Assembly (NCBI GenBank): GCA_052390235.1 | Contig: JBQTHB010000002.1 | Location: forward strand, 192,001 to 256,000 | Direction: 5' to 3' | DNA: 64,000 bases | Origin: Deltaproteobacteria bacterium | GTDB taxonomy: Bacteria; Desulfobacterota_D; UBA1144; Nemesobacterales; CSP1-2 | Shown: in pieces, positions 52,823 through 62,015 of the stretch | How the letters are laid out: each line of letters starts with the position of its first letter | Position numbering within the stretch: the first letter of the stretch is position 1 | Made by a program: the position numbers and the translations under genes | Notes under the pieces: generated by a model | What the model saw: only the letters and a program-made list of their open reading frames with translations | Database searches by the model: none | What the model was told of the DNA's origin: nothing

Positions 52823-53635
52823 CTACCTCCTGATTGTTTTAGGGTCGAGCATATCTCTCAGTCCCTCGCCAAATAGGTTAAATGAAAACGCGGTGATAAA
52901 TATCGCTAGGCTTGGAAAAACGATGAGATGCGGAAATGTCCTCATCCCCTGCCATCCTGTGCTGGCAAGGGTTCCCCAGCTTGCGGCGGGCGGGGCTATG
53001 CCGAGTCCCAGAAAGCTCAGAGTGGACTCCGCCAATATCGCGTACGGGACTGAAAAGGCGAGGGTTACGATGAGCGGGCTTAGGATATTTGGGAAAATGT
53101 GGAAGAGAAAAATCCTTACGGGCGAGGCTCCCATGCTCCTTGCCGCCTCGATAAAAACGAGGGATTTTATTTGAATCACGCTCCCCCTAACGATCCTCGC
53201 CACCCTCATCCAAGCCGTAAACCCAAGCGACAGCGCTATTCCCTCGACCCCTCTGCCCACCAGAAGCGATATTAGAACGATGAGCAAGAGGTCTGGAAGG
53301 GAGTAGAATACGTCAACCACGCGCATCATTGCCTCGTCCGTCTTGCCCCCGGCGTAGCCCGATACCGCTCCGTAAGTCGTCCCGACAAATAGCGCGAGAG
53401 CCGCAGTTCCCAGGGCAACGGCAATCGAGACCCTAGCCCCAAACACAATCCGGCTGAAGAGGTCCCTGCCCTCCTGGTCAGTACCCATTGGGTGAGCGAG
53501 GCTCGGGGGGCTGAGCATATTCTCGAAATTCGTCTCGTCGTATCCAAAGCGGGTTATGTGGGGAGCGGCTAGGGCGATGCCTATAATAAGGGCGATGACA
53601 ATTCCTGAGATGATGACCTGTGCTTTTAGAAGCAA
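52823..53635 (-). CDS. Oligopeptide/dipeptide ABC transporter permease (OppC/DppC type)
   Basis: HPMGTDQEGRDLFSR, EAA motif FIEAARSMGA, ESTLSFLGLG, NLFGEGLRD. Confidence 0.92.
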   Translation of the reverse strand: MLLKAQVIISGIVIALIIGIALAAPHITRFGYDETNFENMLSPPSLAHPMGTDQEGRDLFSRIVFGARVSIAVALGTAALALFVGTTYGAVSGYAGGKTDEAMMRVVDVFYSLPDLLLIVLISLLVGRGVEGIALSLGFTAWMRVARIVRGSVIQIKSLVFIEAARSMGASPVRIFLFHIFPNILSPLIVTLAFSVPYAILAESTLSFLGLGIAPPAASWGTLASTGWQGMRTFPHLIVFPSLAIFITAFSFNLFGEGLRDMLDPKTIRR

Positions 53636-53796
53636 TTTCTGGGCTACTTCCTCGGTTCGGCTTATCGGATGCCGCTCGCGCCGATTGATAAATTTGCCGA
53701 GCTAATTCCCCTGAGTCAAGTGATACCCGCGGGGTTTTGGGGATGACGCCGCAGTGAGGGGAAGGGAATCTCCCGATTCGGCAACGAGTGGGGGGA

Positions 53797-54150
53797 TTAG
53801 CTGCCGTCGCCCGGTTTGGCGTAACTCGCCCTTACAACGGTCTTAATACCACCCCTGACGTTAAAATCCCCCACGACCTCGGCTCTTTTCGGGAGGCACG
53901 CCTCGATGAAATCATCGAGTATTTTATTTGTTACGTGTTCGTGAAATTCGCCGACGTTCCTGTAGGAGAACATATAGAGTTTCAGGGATTTGAGCTCGAC
54001 GCAGAGCTTATCGGGAACGTATTTTATCTTAATCACGGCAAAATCCGGCTGTCCGGTCTTGGGACAGACCGAGGTAAACTCCGGGCAGGTTATCTCGATT
54101 TCGTAGTCTCTGCCCTGGTATTGATTCGCAAACGTCTCAAGCTCAGTCAT
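53797..54150 (-). CDS. queF: PreQ0 (7-cyano-7-deazaguanine) reductase, type I
   Basis: EFTSVCPKTGQPDF, ELKSLKLY, FHE, RGGI. Confidence 0.95.
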   Translation of the reverse strand: MTELETFANQYQGRDYEIEITCPEFTSVCPKTGQPDFAVIKIKYVPDKLCVELKSLKLYMFSYRNVGEFHEHVTNKILDDFIEACLPKRAEVVGDFNVRGGIKTVVRASYAKPGDGS

Positions 54151-54196
54151 TTTAGCCGCAATTACTCTATCGGATAGTTTAATCCAAGAAAAGAAC

Positions 54197-54225
54197 TTGA
54201 CGCACAAAAAAATATTATGGATACT
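54197..54225 (+). promoter_or_regulatory. Putative promoter of tRNA-Gln
   Basis: TTGACG-17 nt-GATACT followed by a GC-rich discriminator-like stretch. Confidence 0.55.
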
Positions 54226-54251
54226 AAAAGTCCGCAGCCCGCGCGCTCCAC

Positions 54252-54325
54252 TGGGGGATCGTCTAACGGCAGGACGATGGGCTCTGACCCCATTAATCTA
54301 GGTTCGAATCCTAGTCCCCCAGCCA
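54252..54325 (+). tRNA. tRNA-Gln (anticodon CTG), CCA encoded
   Basis: TGGGGGA...ATGGG CTCTGAC CCCAT...GGTTCGAATCC...TCCCCCAGCCA. Confidence 0.96.
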
Positions 54326-54340
54326 GCTTCCTCGACAATC

Positions 54341-54793
54341 CTAGAAGTATCTCACGCCCATAAGCCCGACAGCTCCTCCCACTACTAGCCCGTACAGTAG
54401 GTGTCCGGCTAGGTGAGCAACTGCCACCTCCGAGCCCGCGTCCTGAAATTCTTCTATCGGGTGATGCTCGGCGACGCTCACAACGAGCATAAAACTCACA
54501 GCCACGCCGTGAAACAGCCCTATCATTGCCCCCGTAAGCGCCGATGTTATGAACGACCCAGGGTTGAGCAGGCTCATGAGAGCGACGTAAAAGAAGGAGA
54601 TAACCACGCCGGCAACTAAGTGTATCGCAAGCCCCGGTATAAAGGAGTTCTCATAAGAGCCGGTAGCCACGCTCCCTATCGCCCTAATCATATCGGCGTT
54701 GGCGATTCCCGCGCGATGGATGTATCCCATTAGAAGGCTCATCGCTAAAGTTCCCAAAAGCCCGGCAAAAACAGTCTCAACAATTGTTCCCAT
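54341..54793 (-). CDS. Hypothetical 4-TM membrane protein
   Basis: Four hydrophobic helices, H(L)..G and HL..H..YG motifs; GGGAGG SD. Confidence 0.75.
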   Translation of the reverse strand: MGTIVETVFAGLLGTLAMSLLMGYIHRAGIANADMIRAIGSVATGSYENSFIPGLAIHLVAGVVISFFYVALMSLLNPGSFITSALTGAMIGLFHGVAVSFMLVVSVAEHHPIEEFQDAGSEVAVAHLAGHLLYGLVVGGAVGLMGVRYF

Positions 54794-55054
54794 GACGCAC
54801 CTCCCTTACCCAACTTTCTATACTATTTCAATATGCAAAGCAATACTTTTTTTTCGCTTATCGAAAATTAGAGGGGCGGATAAATTCAGTACGGATGTGG
54901 CATTGCTCTTGCTCCCATTTATCACCACACCGGGGGCGCGCCGGATTGTGAAGCTGTCCCGCTCTCGACTGCGCTCATGCCCAAAATAACAGATTATTGT
55001 CATCCGAGCCGCGCGATATGCCGGGCGCAGAGTCTGGCGATACCTGCGCGGGGC

Positions 55055-56611
55055 TTACTCTCCGCCGTAAGCCGCAACGGGGCTTTCGTCAATGATAATG
55101 CCGCTTATCTGAAGGGTCGTTCCCTTGGCGCGCTCCAGCAGCGCAAGGGCGATGTTATAATCCGCAACGGCGCGAATTGCCTGAGTTCTCGACTCCACTA
55201 GGTCTCGCTGAGCCTCGAGTACCTCTCTGGTCGTCCCGATGCCCACCCGAAGCCGCTCTTCCTCGTTTTTCACAACCTCCTCGGCAAGCTCCACGGCAAC
55301 CATGGCGGCGTCAATCGTCCTGATGCTGTTTTCAACCTCTCTAATGGCGTTTCTCACGTCGAGCGTTACGCCGTCAACCACTTTTTTGTAGGCGATGGCG
55401 CTTCTGTCCAAATCCGCCGAGGCTTTGATGTAATCCCCCTTTGCAGACCAGTTGAAAATTGGGAAGCTCAAGATGCCCAGAATCTGCCAAGTGGGAAATT
55501 CTCCCTCGAATAGGTTTCTGAATGAATCCCTGTAGGAGTCGTCGAATTGGTCGGAAATTGGTTGAGGAGGGGTATCGCCGAACACGACTCGGCTGGGGTT
55601 AGCGTCGCCCCCTAAGCCCTGAAGCTCTACAGTGCCTTGAACGGCAAGGCGCGGGAGCCGCTGATTTGAGGAGAATTTTTTGAGAGTCTCTCTGTTTTGA
55701 ATGTCGAGTTTTGCCTGCTGAATTTCGGCTCTCTTGCTGAGGGCTTCCTCGAGCGATGCGGTTTCGTCAAATCTCTTAATCAGCGTCGTAGGCTCGTCCA
55801 CCGGCACGACGACCTCGGTCAGCGGGATGGCGAGGATATTTTTGAGCCTGTCTTCGGCGGCTTTGAGGTCGTTTTCAGCGCGAATTACATCTACCTGCCG
55901 CCCTGCTACCTCAGCCTTAGCCTGCGTTACCACGACCGAGGGCAGTGTGCCGACCTCGACCTGAATCTCGTTTCTCCTCTGTAAATCCCTCGCCAAATCG
56001 AGCGCGGTTTGGGCAAGCTCAAGGTTTTTTTTCGCCGCCGCCAAATTCCAGTACACGGTCTCAACGTCGAGCAGAACGTCCGAGATTCTACGCTCAAGCT
56101 CCTTTACGGAGATTTCCCCGGACTTTCTTGCCACGCGGAGCTGGGCGAGGTTTGCGTCAAACCCGAAATTTCGCAGTAGCTCCTGCCCCACGGTGAAACC
56201 GAGGGTCGTAAACCAGTTAGGGCTTAGGGTTTCAACCGAGGAGTCGGTTTCGGTTCTGCGGATGGAGAAATTAAGCGCGTCGTAAAAAGTTCCAGTAGGC
56301 AGAATGCCCGATATTGACCCGTTGGCGAAGAGGTCTTCGCTCCTCACCGAGCCGCTCTGGATAAAAGTGCTTGCCGTCGGATTTGTGGAGTCCGTGTAAG
56401 ACGCGCTTAGATTTACCGCGGGGTCGAACGCCCCTCGCTGCTTGGTGATTTCACCGAGGGATATTTGAAGGGTCTTTCGCTCGATTTCAATATCGCGGTT
56501 ATTTTGCAGGGCGAGCCTCTTTGCCTCCTGCAGGGATAGGTTTAAAGTCTCGGCTGATGCGCTGTGAACGACCGCCGAGAGGGCGAGAACTACGAGCAGA
56601 GCCTTAATCAT
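55055..56611 (-). CDS. TolC-family outer membrane efflux protein
   Basis: Signal peptide, AL..N.D, Y(W)NL, E..RL.VG..T..EVL.AQ..L, DYNIAL. Confidence 0.9.
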   Translation of the reverse strand: MIKALLVVLALSAVVHSASAETLNLSLQEAKRLALQNNRDIEIERKTLQISLGEITKQRGAFDPAVNLSASYTDSTNPTASTFIQSGSVRSEDLFANGSISGILPTGTFYDALNFSIRRTETDSSVETLSPNWFTTLGFTVGQELLRNFGFDANLAQLRVARKSGEISVKELERRISDVLLDVETVYWNLAAAKKNLELAQTALDLARDLQRRNEIQVEVGTLPSVVVTQAKAEVAGRQVDVIRAENDLKAAEDRLKNILAIPLTEVVVPVDEPTTLIKRFDETASLEEALSKRAEIQQAKLDIQNRETLKKFSSNQRLPRLAVQGTVELQGLGGDANPSRVVFGDTPPQPISDQFDDSYRDSFRNLFEGEFPTWQILGILSFPIFNWSAKGDYIKASADLDRSAIAYKKVVDGVTLDVRNAIREVENSIRTIDAAMVAVELAEEVVKNEEERLRVGIGTTREVLEAQRDLVESRTQAIRAVADYNIALALLERAKGTTLQISGIIIDESPVAAYGGE

Positions 56612-56670
56612 TTCCGGGATGCCTCCTCAGTTGTGGATAATCGGGATTCAGTATAAACGTTTTTATTCTC

Positions 56671-56720
56671 TTGACATAAAATAGCGAAGGTGTTACCTTA
56701 AGTAAGTAAGTAGTTACTTA
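56671..56720 (+). promoter_or_regulatory. Promoter plus TetR operator-like inverted repeat
   Basis: TTGACA-17 nt-(TG n)TACCTT, then perfect IR TAAGTAA-gtag-TTACTTA (56703-56720) over the predicted TSS. Confidence 0.72.
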
Positions 56721-56742
56721 ATAAAATCAGAAATTACCAGAA

Positions 56743-57408
56743 ATGTCAAACAAAATAGTGAAAGCCAGCACAAGAGAAAAAATCCTCGAAGCCGCTATGA
56801 AATTATTTGCCGCAAAGGGGTTTAACGGCACGACTACGAAGGAAATCTCCGAGGAAGCTGGGGTGAACGAGGCTCTTATCTTTCGCCATTTCTCAACCAA
56901 AAGGGACCTCTACGGAGCAATCATCGAGAAAAAAATGCAGGAACAGCCCTCAGGAATCCAAGCGACGCTTGAGCAATACCGCGGCGGCGAGGACGACGCC
57001 CTCCTGTTCAAAGCCCTCGCCATGACGATGTTCGGCAACTGCGGCAAAGACCCGACCTTTATGAGAATCCTCCACTTCAGCGCGCTCGAAGGACACGACC
57101 TCTCGGATATGTTCTTCGACACCTACGTCGAGCAGATGAACACGCTCATCTCGGATTACATAGGCGTGAGAATCGCAAAGGGCGCATTTAAGAATCTAAA
57201 CCCCTCGATGGCGGCGAAGGCGTTTGTGGGGATGGTAATCAATCACATAATAGTTCAGGAGCTATTCGGGGAGAAGAAGAAAAAAAACATCCCCAGCGAA
57301 GAGGCGGCTGAGGCATTCGCCGAGATATTCACTAATGGAATGAAAAATAATACTGCGCCGGATGATAGAACATCGCGCGGGCCTCTTCGGGGCGGCGCAG
57401 GAGAGTAG
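56743..57408 (+). CDS. TetR/AcrR-family transcriptional regulator
   Basis: ILEAAMKLFAAKGFNGTTTKEISEEAGVNEALIFRHFSTK HTH. Confidence 0.95.
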   Translation: MSNKIVKASTREKILEAAMKLFAAKGFNGTTTKEISEEAGVNEALIFRHFSTKRDLYGAIIEKKMQEQPSGIQATLEQYRGGEDDALLFKALAMTMFGNCGKDPTFMRILHFSALEGHDLSDMFFDTYVEQMNTLISDYIGVRIAKGAFKNLNPSMAAKAFVGMVINHIIVQELFGEKKKKNIPSEEAAEAFAEIFTNGMKNNTAPDDRTSRGPLRGGAGE

Positions 57409-57457
57409 TTAATTTGTAAATCGCAATAAAATCTTCGTTTAACGAGAGGCTTAAAAT

Positions 57458-58540
57458 ATGAAAACACTGAGGCTTGCGGGCTTGATGCTCTGCATAATGT
57501 TGATTACCAGTTCTGGGGCGATGCCTCAATCCCCGCCGCAGATGCCCCCGGCGCCAGTTGCGGTAGCTGAGGTTTCCGTGGAGACGATTCAGCGTCCCAT
57601 CTCGCTAGTTGGGGTAGTGGAGCCGAATAAAACCAGCACGATAGCGAGTGAAATATCGGGGGTTATCGGCAAATTCCCCGGCAAAGAGGGCGCGTTCGTC
57701 AAAGCCGGAGAGGTCATAGCCGAGTTCCGCACGGAGCAGCTCAATATAAAACTCCGAGAGGCAAGGGCGGCTAGGCGGGAAGCCGAGGCGCGCTTTAGTA
57801 TGGCGAAAAAGAGCTTTGCCAGATTTCGACAGCTCAAGGATAAGGGCGTTGTCTCCACGCAGCAGCTCGATGACTCCGAGTCGGAAACGGAGGCATGGGG
57901 GGCGAGAGTCGCCGAGCTTGACGCTCGAATCGAGAGTCTGGGCTATGACCTATCGAGGGCGAGAATCACTGCTCCTTTCAGCGGTTTTATCACCCGCGAA
58001 TTCACTGAAATCGGCGAGTGGGTCTCCGAAGGCGGGGCTGTTGTGGAACTCATCGAGGCGGACATCGTAAAAATCAAGGTTGATGCCCCTGAGCGGTACA
58101 TAAGCCTAATCAATTCGGGCGAGACGGTGAGCATAAGCCTAGATGCCCTTCCTCGCCGGACAATCGAGGGCAAAGTGGTCTCGGTCGTGCCTCAGGCGAG
58201 CAATCAGGCGAGAACCTTCCCCGTAAAAGTCGCCGTGGAGAATAAAGAGCGCGCCCTTAAAAGCGGCATGGTAGCGCGCGTGTCGTTTCTCATCGGCGAT
58301 GCTGTAAAGGTAAAGCTCGTTCCCAAAGACGCCGTCTCTGAATTCAACAACGCGAGCCTCGTCTTCGTCGTGGCAAACGGAGTGGCAAACCCGGTTCCCG
58401 TGAGCAGGGGAATTTCCTATAAGAGCCTCGTCGAGGTTTCGGGTCCGATTGAAGCGGGCCAGCTGATCGTCATTAGGGGCAACGAACGCCTCCAGCCGGG
58501 ACAGCCGGTGCAAGTGGTTAACCAAGGCGGCAGGAAATAA
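57458..58540 (+). CDS. RND efflux periplasmic adaptor subunit
   Basis: Lipoyl/hairpin motifs, I(T)APFSG, RTFPVK, L(K)SGM, L.PG..V. Confidence 0.93.
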   Translation: MKTLRLAGLMLCIMLITSSGAMPQSPPQMPPAPVAVAEVSVETIQRPISLVGVVEPNKTSTIASEISGVIGKFPGKEGAFVKAGEVIAEFRTEQLNIKLREARAARREAEARFSMAKKSFARFRQLKDKGVVSTQQLDDSESETEAWGARVAELDARIESLGYDLSRARITAPFSGFITREFTEIGEWVSEGGAVVELIEADIVKIKVDAPERYISLINSGETVSISLDALPRRTIEGKVVSVVPQASNQARTFPVKVAVENKERALKSGMVARVSFLIGDAVKVKLVPKDAVSEFNNASLVFVVANGVANPVPVSRGISYKSLVEVSGPIEAGQLIVIRGNERLQPGQPVQVVNQGGRK

Positions 58541-58567
58541 TCTCATCACACTACGAGGGCGCGCCCG

Positions 58568-61500
58568 ATGAAAATCATCGCGGAATCCATTAAAAACCCT
58601 ATCAGCGTTCTGGTAGGCGTAATTCTAGTTCTACTATTCGGCTTCATCGCTCTATATAAAATTCCGGTTCAGCTTACGCCGGACGTTGAAAAGCCTCAGA
58701 TTACCGTCAGCACCGCTTGGCCCGGAGGCAGCCCTCAGGAAGTGGAGACCGAAATCGTCCGCGAGCAAGAGGAGGAGCTTAAGACGGTGGAAGGGCTTGT
58801 CGAGATGACAAGCGAAAGCTCGGACTCGCTCGGAAACATCGTGCTTCAGTTCAGGGTCGGCACAGACCTCGACGCCGCCCTAGTGAACGTCTCTAATAAG
58901 CTCGACCAAGTTGCGCAGTACCCCGCAGACGCCGATAAGCCCGTTATCAGTAGCGTTGACGTAGCCGGAAGCGCGATGGCTTGGTTCATACTCAAGCCCG
59001 CCGAGGGGAGCGCGCTCGATATTGATAAATTTCACGACTTCGCCGATGATTTTATAAAACCGAGGTTCGAGCGCGTGCCGGGGGTAGGCTCGTCAAACGT
59101 CTATGGCGGCACAGAGAGGGAGATGCAGGTCATAGTTGACCCCAACGCCCTCGCCGCCCGCGGGGTGAGCCTTATTGAGATGGCACAGGCCATTGATGGG
59201 GAGAATAACAACTTCAGCGCCGGGGATTTTGAGGAGGGCAAACGCCGCTACATCGTCCGCACTGTAGGCGAGTATAAATCCCCCGAAGATATAGAAAAAG
59301 TCGTCATTAAGCGCGTACTCGGGGCTCCGGTCTATGTTCGGGACGTGGCTAGAGCGCGGCTAGGCTACAGAGATGCCAGCTTCGCCGTCCGTCAAAATGG
59401 CGCCCCCGCAATAGCCGTTAACGCCGTCAAAGAGAGCGGCGCAAACACGATAAACGTCATGACTGGGCTGCGCGCGGCTATGGACGAACTGAACTCGGGG
59501 ATTCTCAAAGACCGGGGGCTGATCCTCTATAACGTCTATGACGAGACTGAGTACATCGGCGACGCCATTGAACTCGTACAGCACGATGTCCTCATCGGGA
59601 GTATTCTCGCCGTAGCCATTCTACTGCTCTTTCTTCGGAGCCTAACCAGTACGTTCATCATCTCAGCCGCCATACCCATAAGCATCATCGGCACATTTAT
59701 CGCCATGGCGTTTTTGGGCAGAACGTTCAACGTCGTGAGCCTCGCCGGAATGGGCTTTGCCATCGGGATTTTTATTGACAACTCAATAGTCGTGCTGGAG
59801 AACATCTACCGCCATCTGCAGATGGGAAAATCCCGCGCAAAGGCGGCTTTAGACGGAGCCTCAGAGGTTTGGGGGGCGATTCTCGCAAGCACGCTCACGA
59901 ATGTGGCAGTGTTTCTGCCCGTCATATTCGTCGAGGAGCAAGCAGGGCAACTGTTCCGCGACATCGCCATAGCCATAACCTTCTCGGTGCTACTCAATCT
60001 AGTCGTATCCATCACGCTGATTCCAACGCTGTCGGCAAAAATCCTCAGCGTATCGAAAGAGCAGGCCCGCCCAGCCTTTGGGAATCTCTGGGGATATGCG
60101 GATTTTGCCCAAGGCATAGCCAACCGGATTTCCGCCCTAGTCGAGAGAATCATAACGAAACCCTCTTTGCGCCTTGCCACGATTCTCGCCTTCACTTTCG
60201 GCTCGATATTCCTAAGCTGGGCGATGATTCCCAAGATGGAATATCTGCCTGAGGGAAACCGCAATCTGCTCTTCGGCATTCTCCTTCCCCCTCCCGGATA
60301 CAACATTCAGGAATTCGAGCTTATAGGGCTTGAAATCGAGCGGGATTTAGCCCCGTACTGGGAAGCTAAGCCCGGCTCGCAGGAGGCGAAAAATCTCGAT
60401 GGGCCGCTCATTAGGAATTTCTTCTACGTCGCCGCCGGAAGGCAGGTTTTCATGGGCGCAATAGCCGAGAATCCCTCCGAGGTGAGGGGGCTTTTCCCCG
60501 TCCTTCAGGGCGCGCTCAATAAAATCCCCGGCATGATAGCCATTGTAACTCAGGCGAGCCTCTTCGAGAGGGGATTTGGCGAGGGGAGAGCTGTGGATAT
60601 TCAAATCACAGGGCCCGAGCTGGAACGGCTCGTTGAACTGGGGCAGAAGGTGTTCTTCAGTGTGCTTCAAAATTTCCCCGATGCCCAAGCCCGCCCTATT
60701 CCGAGCCTAGACCTCGGCAACCCGGAAATTCAGGTCATAACCGATAGGGTGAGAGCCTCCGATGTGGGTATCACGAACCGAGAGCTTGGATTCACGGTAA
60801 ACGCCCTTGTTGACGGGGCGATTGTAAGCGACTACATAATTGAAGGGGACGAAATTGACCTAGTGCTGCGCGGCGAAGACGGTTTTGCCGCCCGCACTCA
60901 GGACATCGAAAACCTCCTCATCAACACCCCTATTGGCTCAATGGTAACCGTAGGCTCCATCGCCGATGTAAAACTCGCCAACGGCCCAGAGCAGATAAAC
61001 CACTTCGAGCGGCAGAGAACCATCACCATTCAGCTTATCCCTAACGAGAAAATGCCCCTCGAGACGGCTCTTCAGAAAATCAACGAGACCATAGTCGCAC
61101 CGCTCCGCCAAGGGGGGGATGTCGGCGGCGCTTATAACATCACTCTCGCGGGAACGGCAGACGACCTAACCGTGGCGAGAGAGGCGTTTGAGGCGAATTT
61201 TATACTCGCCGCTGTGATAACGTTTCTGCTGATGGCCGCGCTCTACGAGAGCTTTCTGTATTCGCTCGTGATAATGTTCAGCGTGCCGCTCGCATCGTTT
61301 GGCGGATTTCTGGGGCTATTTTTCCTCAACCGATTTATCTATCAGCCGCTCGATATATTGACCCTTCTGGGATTCATCATACTAGTTGGCACTGTGGTCA
61401 ACAACGCCATTCTCATCGTGCATCAGTCCCTCAACTACATGAACGACGAGGGGATGGACGTAAAGCAGGCGATAGTGGAGTCCGTGAGAACGCGCATCAG

Positions 61501-61744
61501 ACCGATATTCATGAGTACGACGACGGGGGTTTTTGGAATGCTCCCGCTTGTGATAATCCCCGGCGCTGGCTCGGAGCTTTACAGGGGGCTTGGGAGCGTC
61601 GTGTTGGGAGGGTTGGTGGTGTCAACGGTGTTCACGCTAGTGCTTGTGCCGGCGGTGTTCAGCTTTGCCTACGACGCCAAGGCGAGCCTCTCCGCTAAGA
61701 TTGGCAGACTCTTCCCAGCTTTAGGGAAACACCCATCGAAATAG
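58568..61744 (+). CDS. RND efflux permease (AcrB/AcrD/AcrF family)
   Basis: 1058 aa, DNSIVVLEN, NNAIL, RIRPIFM, two-fold 12-TM layout. Confidence 0.95.
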   Translation: MKIIAESIKNPISVLVGVILVLLFGFIALYKIPVQLTPDVEKPQITVSTAWPGGSPQEVETEIVREQEEELKTVEGLVEMTSESSDSLGNIVLQFRVGTDLDAALVNVSNKLDQVAQYPADADKPVISSVDVAGSAMAWFILKPAEGSALDIDKFHDFADDFIKPRFERVPGVGSSNVYGGTEREMQVIVDPNALAARGVSLIEMAQAIDGENNNFSAGDFEEGKRRYIVRTVGEYKSPEDIEKVVIKRVLGAPVYVRDVARARLGYRDASFAVRQNGAPAIAVNAVKESGANTINVMTGLRAAMDELNSGILKDRGLILYNVYDETEYIGDAIELVQHDVLIGSILAVAILLLFLRSLTSTFIISAAIPISIIGTFIAMAFLGRTFNVVSLAGMGFAIGIFIDNSIVVLENIYRHLQMGKSRAKAALDGASEVWGAILASTLTNVAVFLPVIFVEEQAGQLFRDIAIAITFSVLLNLVVSITLIPTLSAKILSVSKEQARPAFGNLWGYADFAQGIANRISALVERIITKPSLRLATILAFTFGSIFLSWAMIPKMEYLPEGNRNLLFGILLPPPGYNIQEFELIGLEIERDLAPYWEAKPGSQEAKNLDGPLIRNFFYVAAGRQVFMGAIAENPSEVRGLFPVLQGALNKIPGMIAIVTQASLFERGFGEGRAVDIQITGPELERLVELGQKVFFSVLQNFPDAQARPIPSLDLGNPEIQVITDRVRASDVGITNRELGFTVNALVDGAIVSDYIIEGDEIDLVLRGEDGFAARTQDIENLLINTPIGSMVTVGSIADVKLANGPEQINHFERQRTITIQLIPNEKMPLETALQKINETIVAPLRQGGDVGGAYNITLAGTADDLTVAREAFEANFILAAVITFLLMAALYESFLYSLVIMFSVPLASFGGFLGLFFLNRFIYQPLDILTLLGFIILVGTVVNNAILIVHQSLNYMNDEGMDVKQAIVESVRTRIRPIFMSTTTGVFGMLPLVIIPGAGSELYRGLGSVVLGGLVVSTVFTLVLVPAVFSFAYDAKASLSAKIGRLFPALGKHPSK

Positions 61745-61810
61745 AGATTGGGGAAAGCGGCGCGCGCAGAGAATTTTTAATTACGCCCCTTTGGGATGAC
61801 AACCTTTGCC

Positions 61811-61916
61811 GTCATTTCGCGTCGCTCTTGTCATTCTTAGGGAGCGCGCGTTAGAGACTGAGGAATCTTATTGCGATAAATCCTGAATCGGATTCCTCTC
61901 TGCGTTCGGAATGACA
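61811..61916. repeat. REP-like element upstream of fumC
   Basis: CGC.CGCTCTTGTCATT...GACTGAG.AATC...GATTCCTCTCTGCGTTCGGAATGACA, close match to 21742-21831. Confidence 0.78.
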
Positions 61917-62015
61917 AAGGGTGAGGCGAGCGCATTTGACTTAAACTGCGCCTCAGATAAATTCTATTCGCAAAAAGCTACGTCCAAATTTCCGACCGAG
62001 GGAGGCGCTTTAGAA

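Noticed and set aside
46833..54325. tRNA-anchored genomic island or prophage
   Set aside because: No integrase, no duplicated tRNA 3' end seen, and the flanking genes are housekeeping (priA, hisBH, queF)
58568..61744. RND proton-relay changes (DN instead of DD, N instead of K) as a sign of inactivation
   Set aside because: These variants are common in intact RND subfamilies
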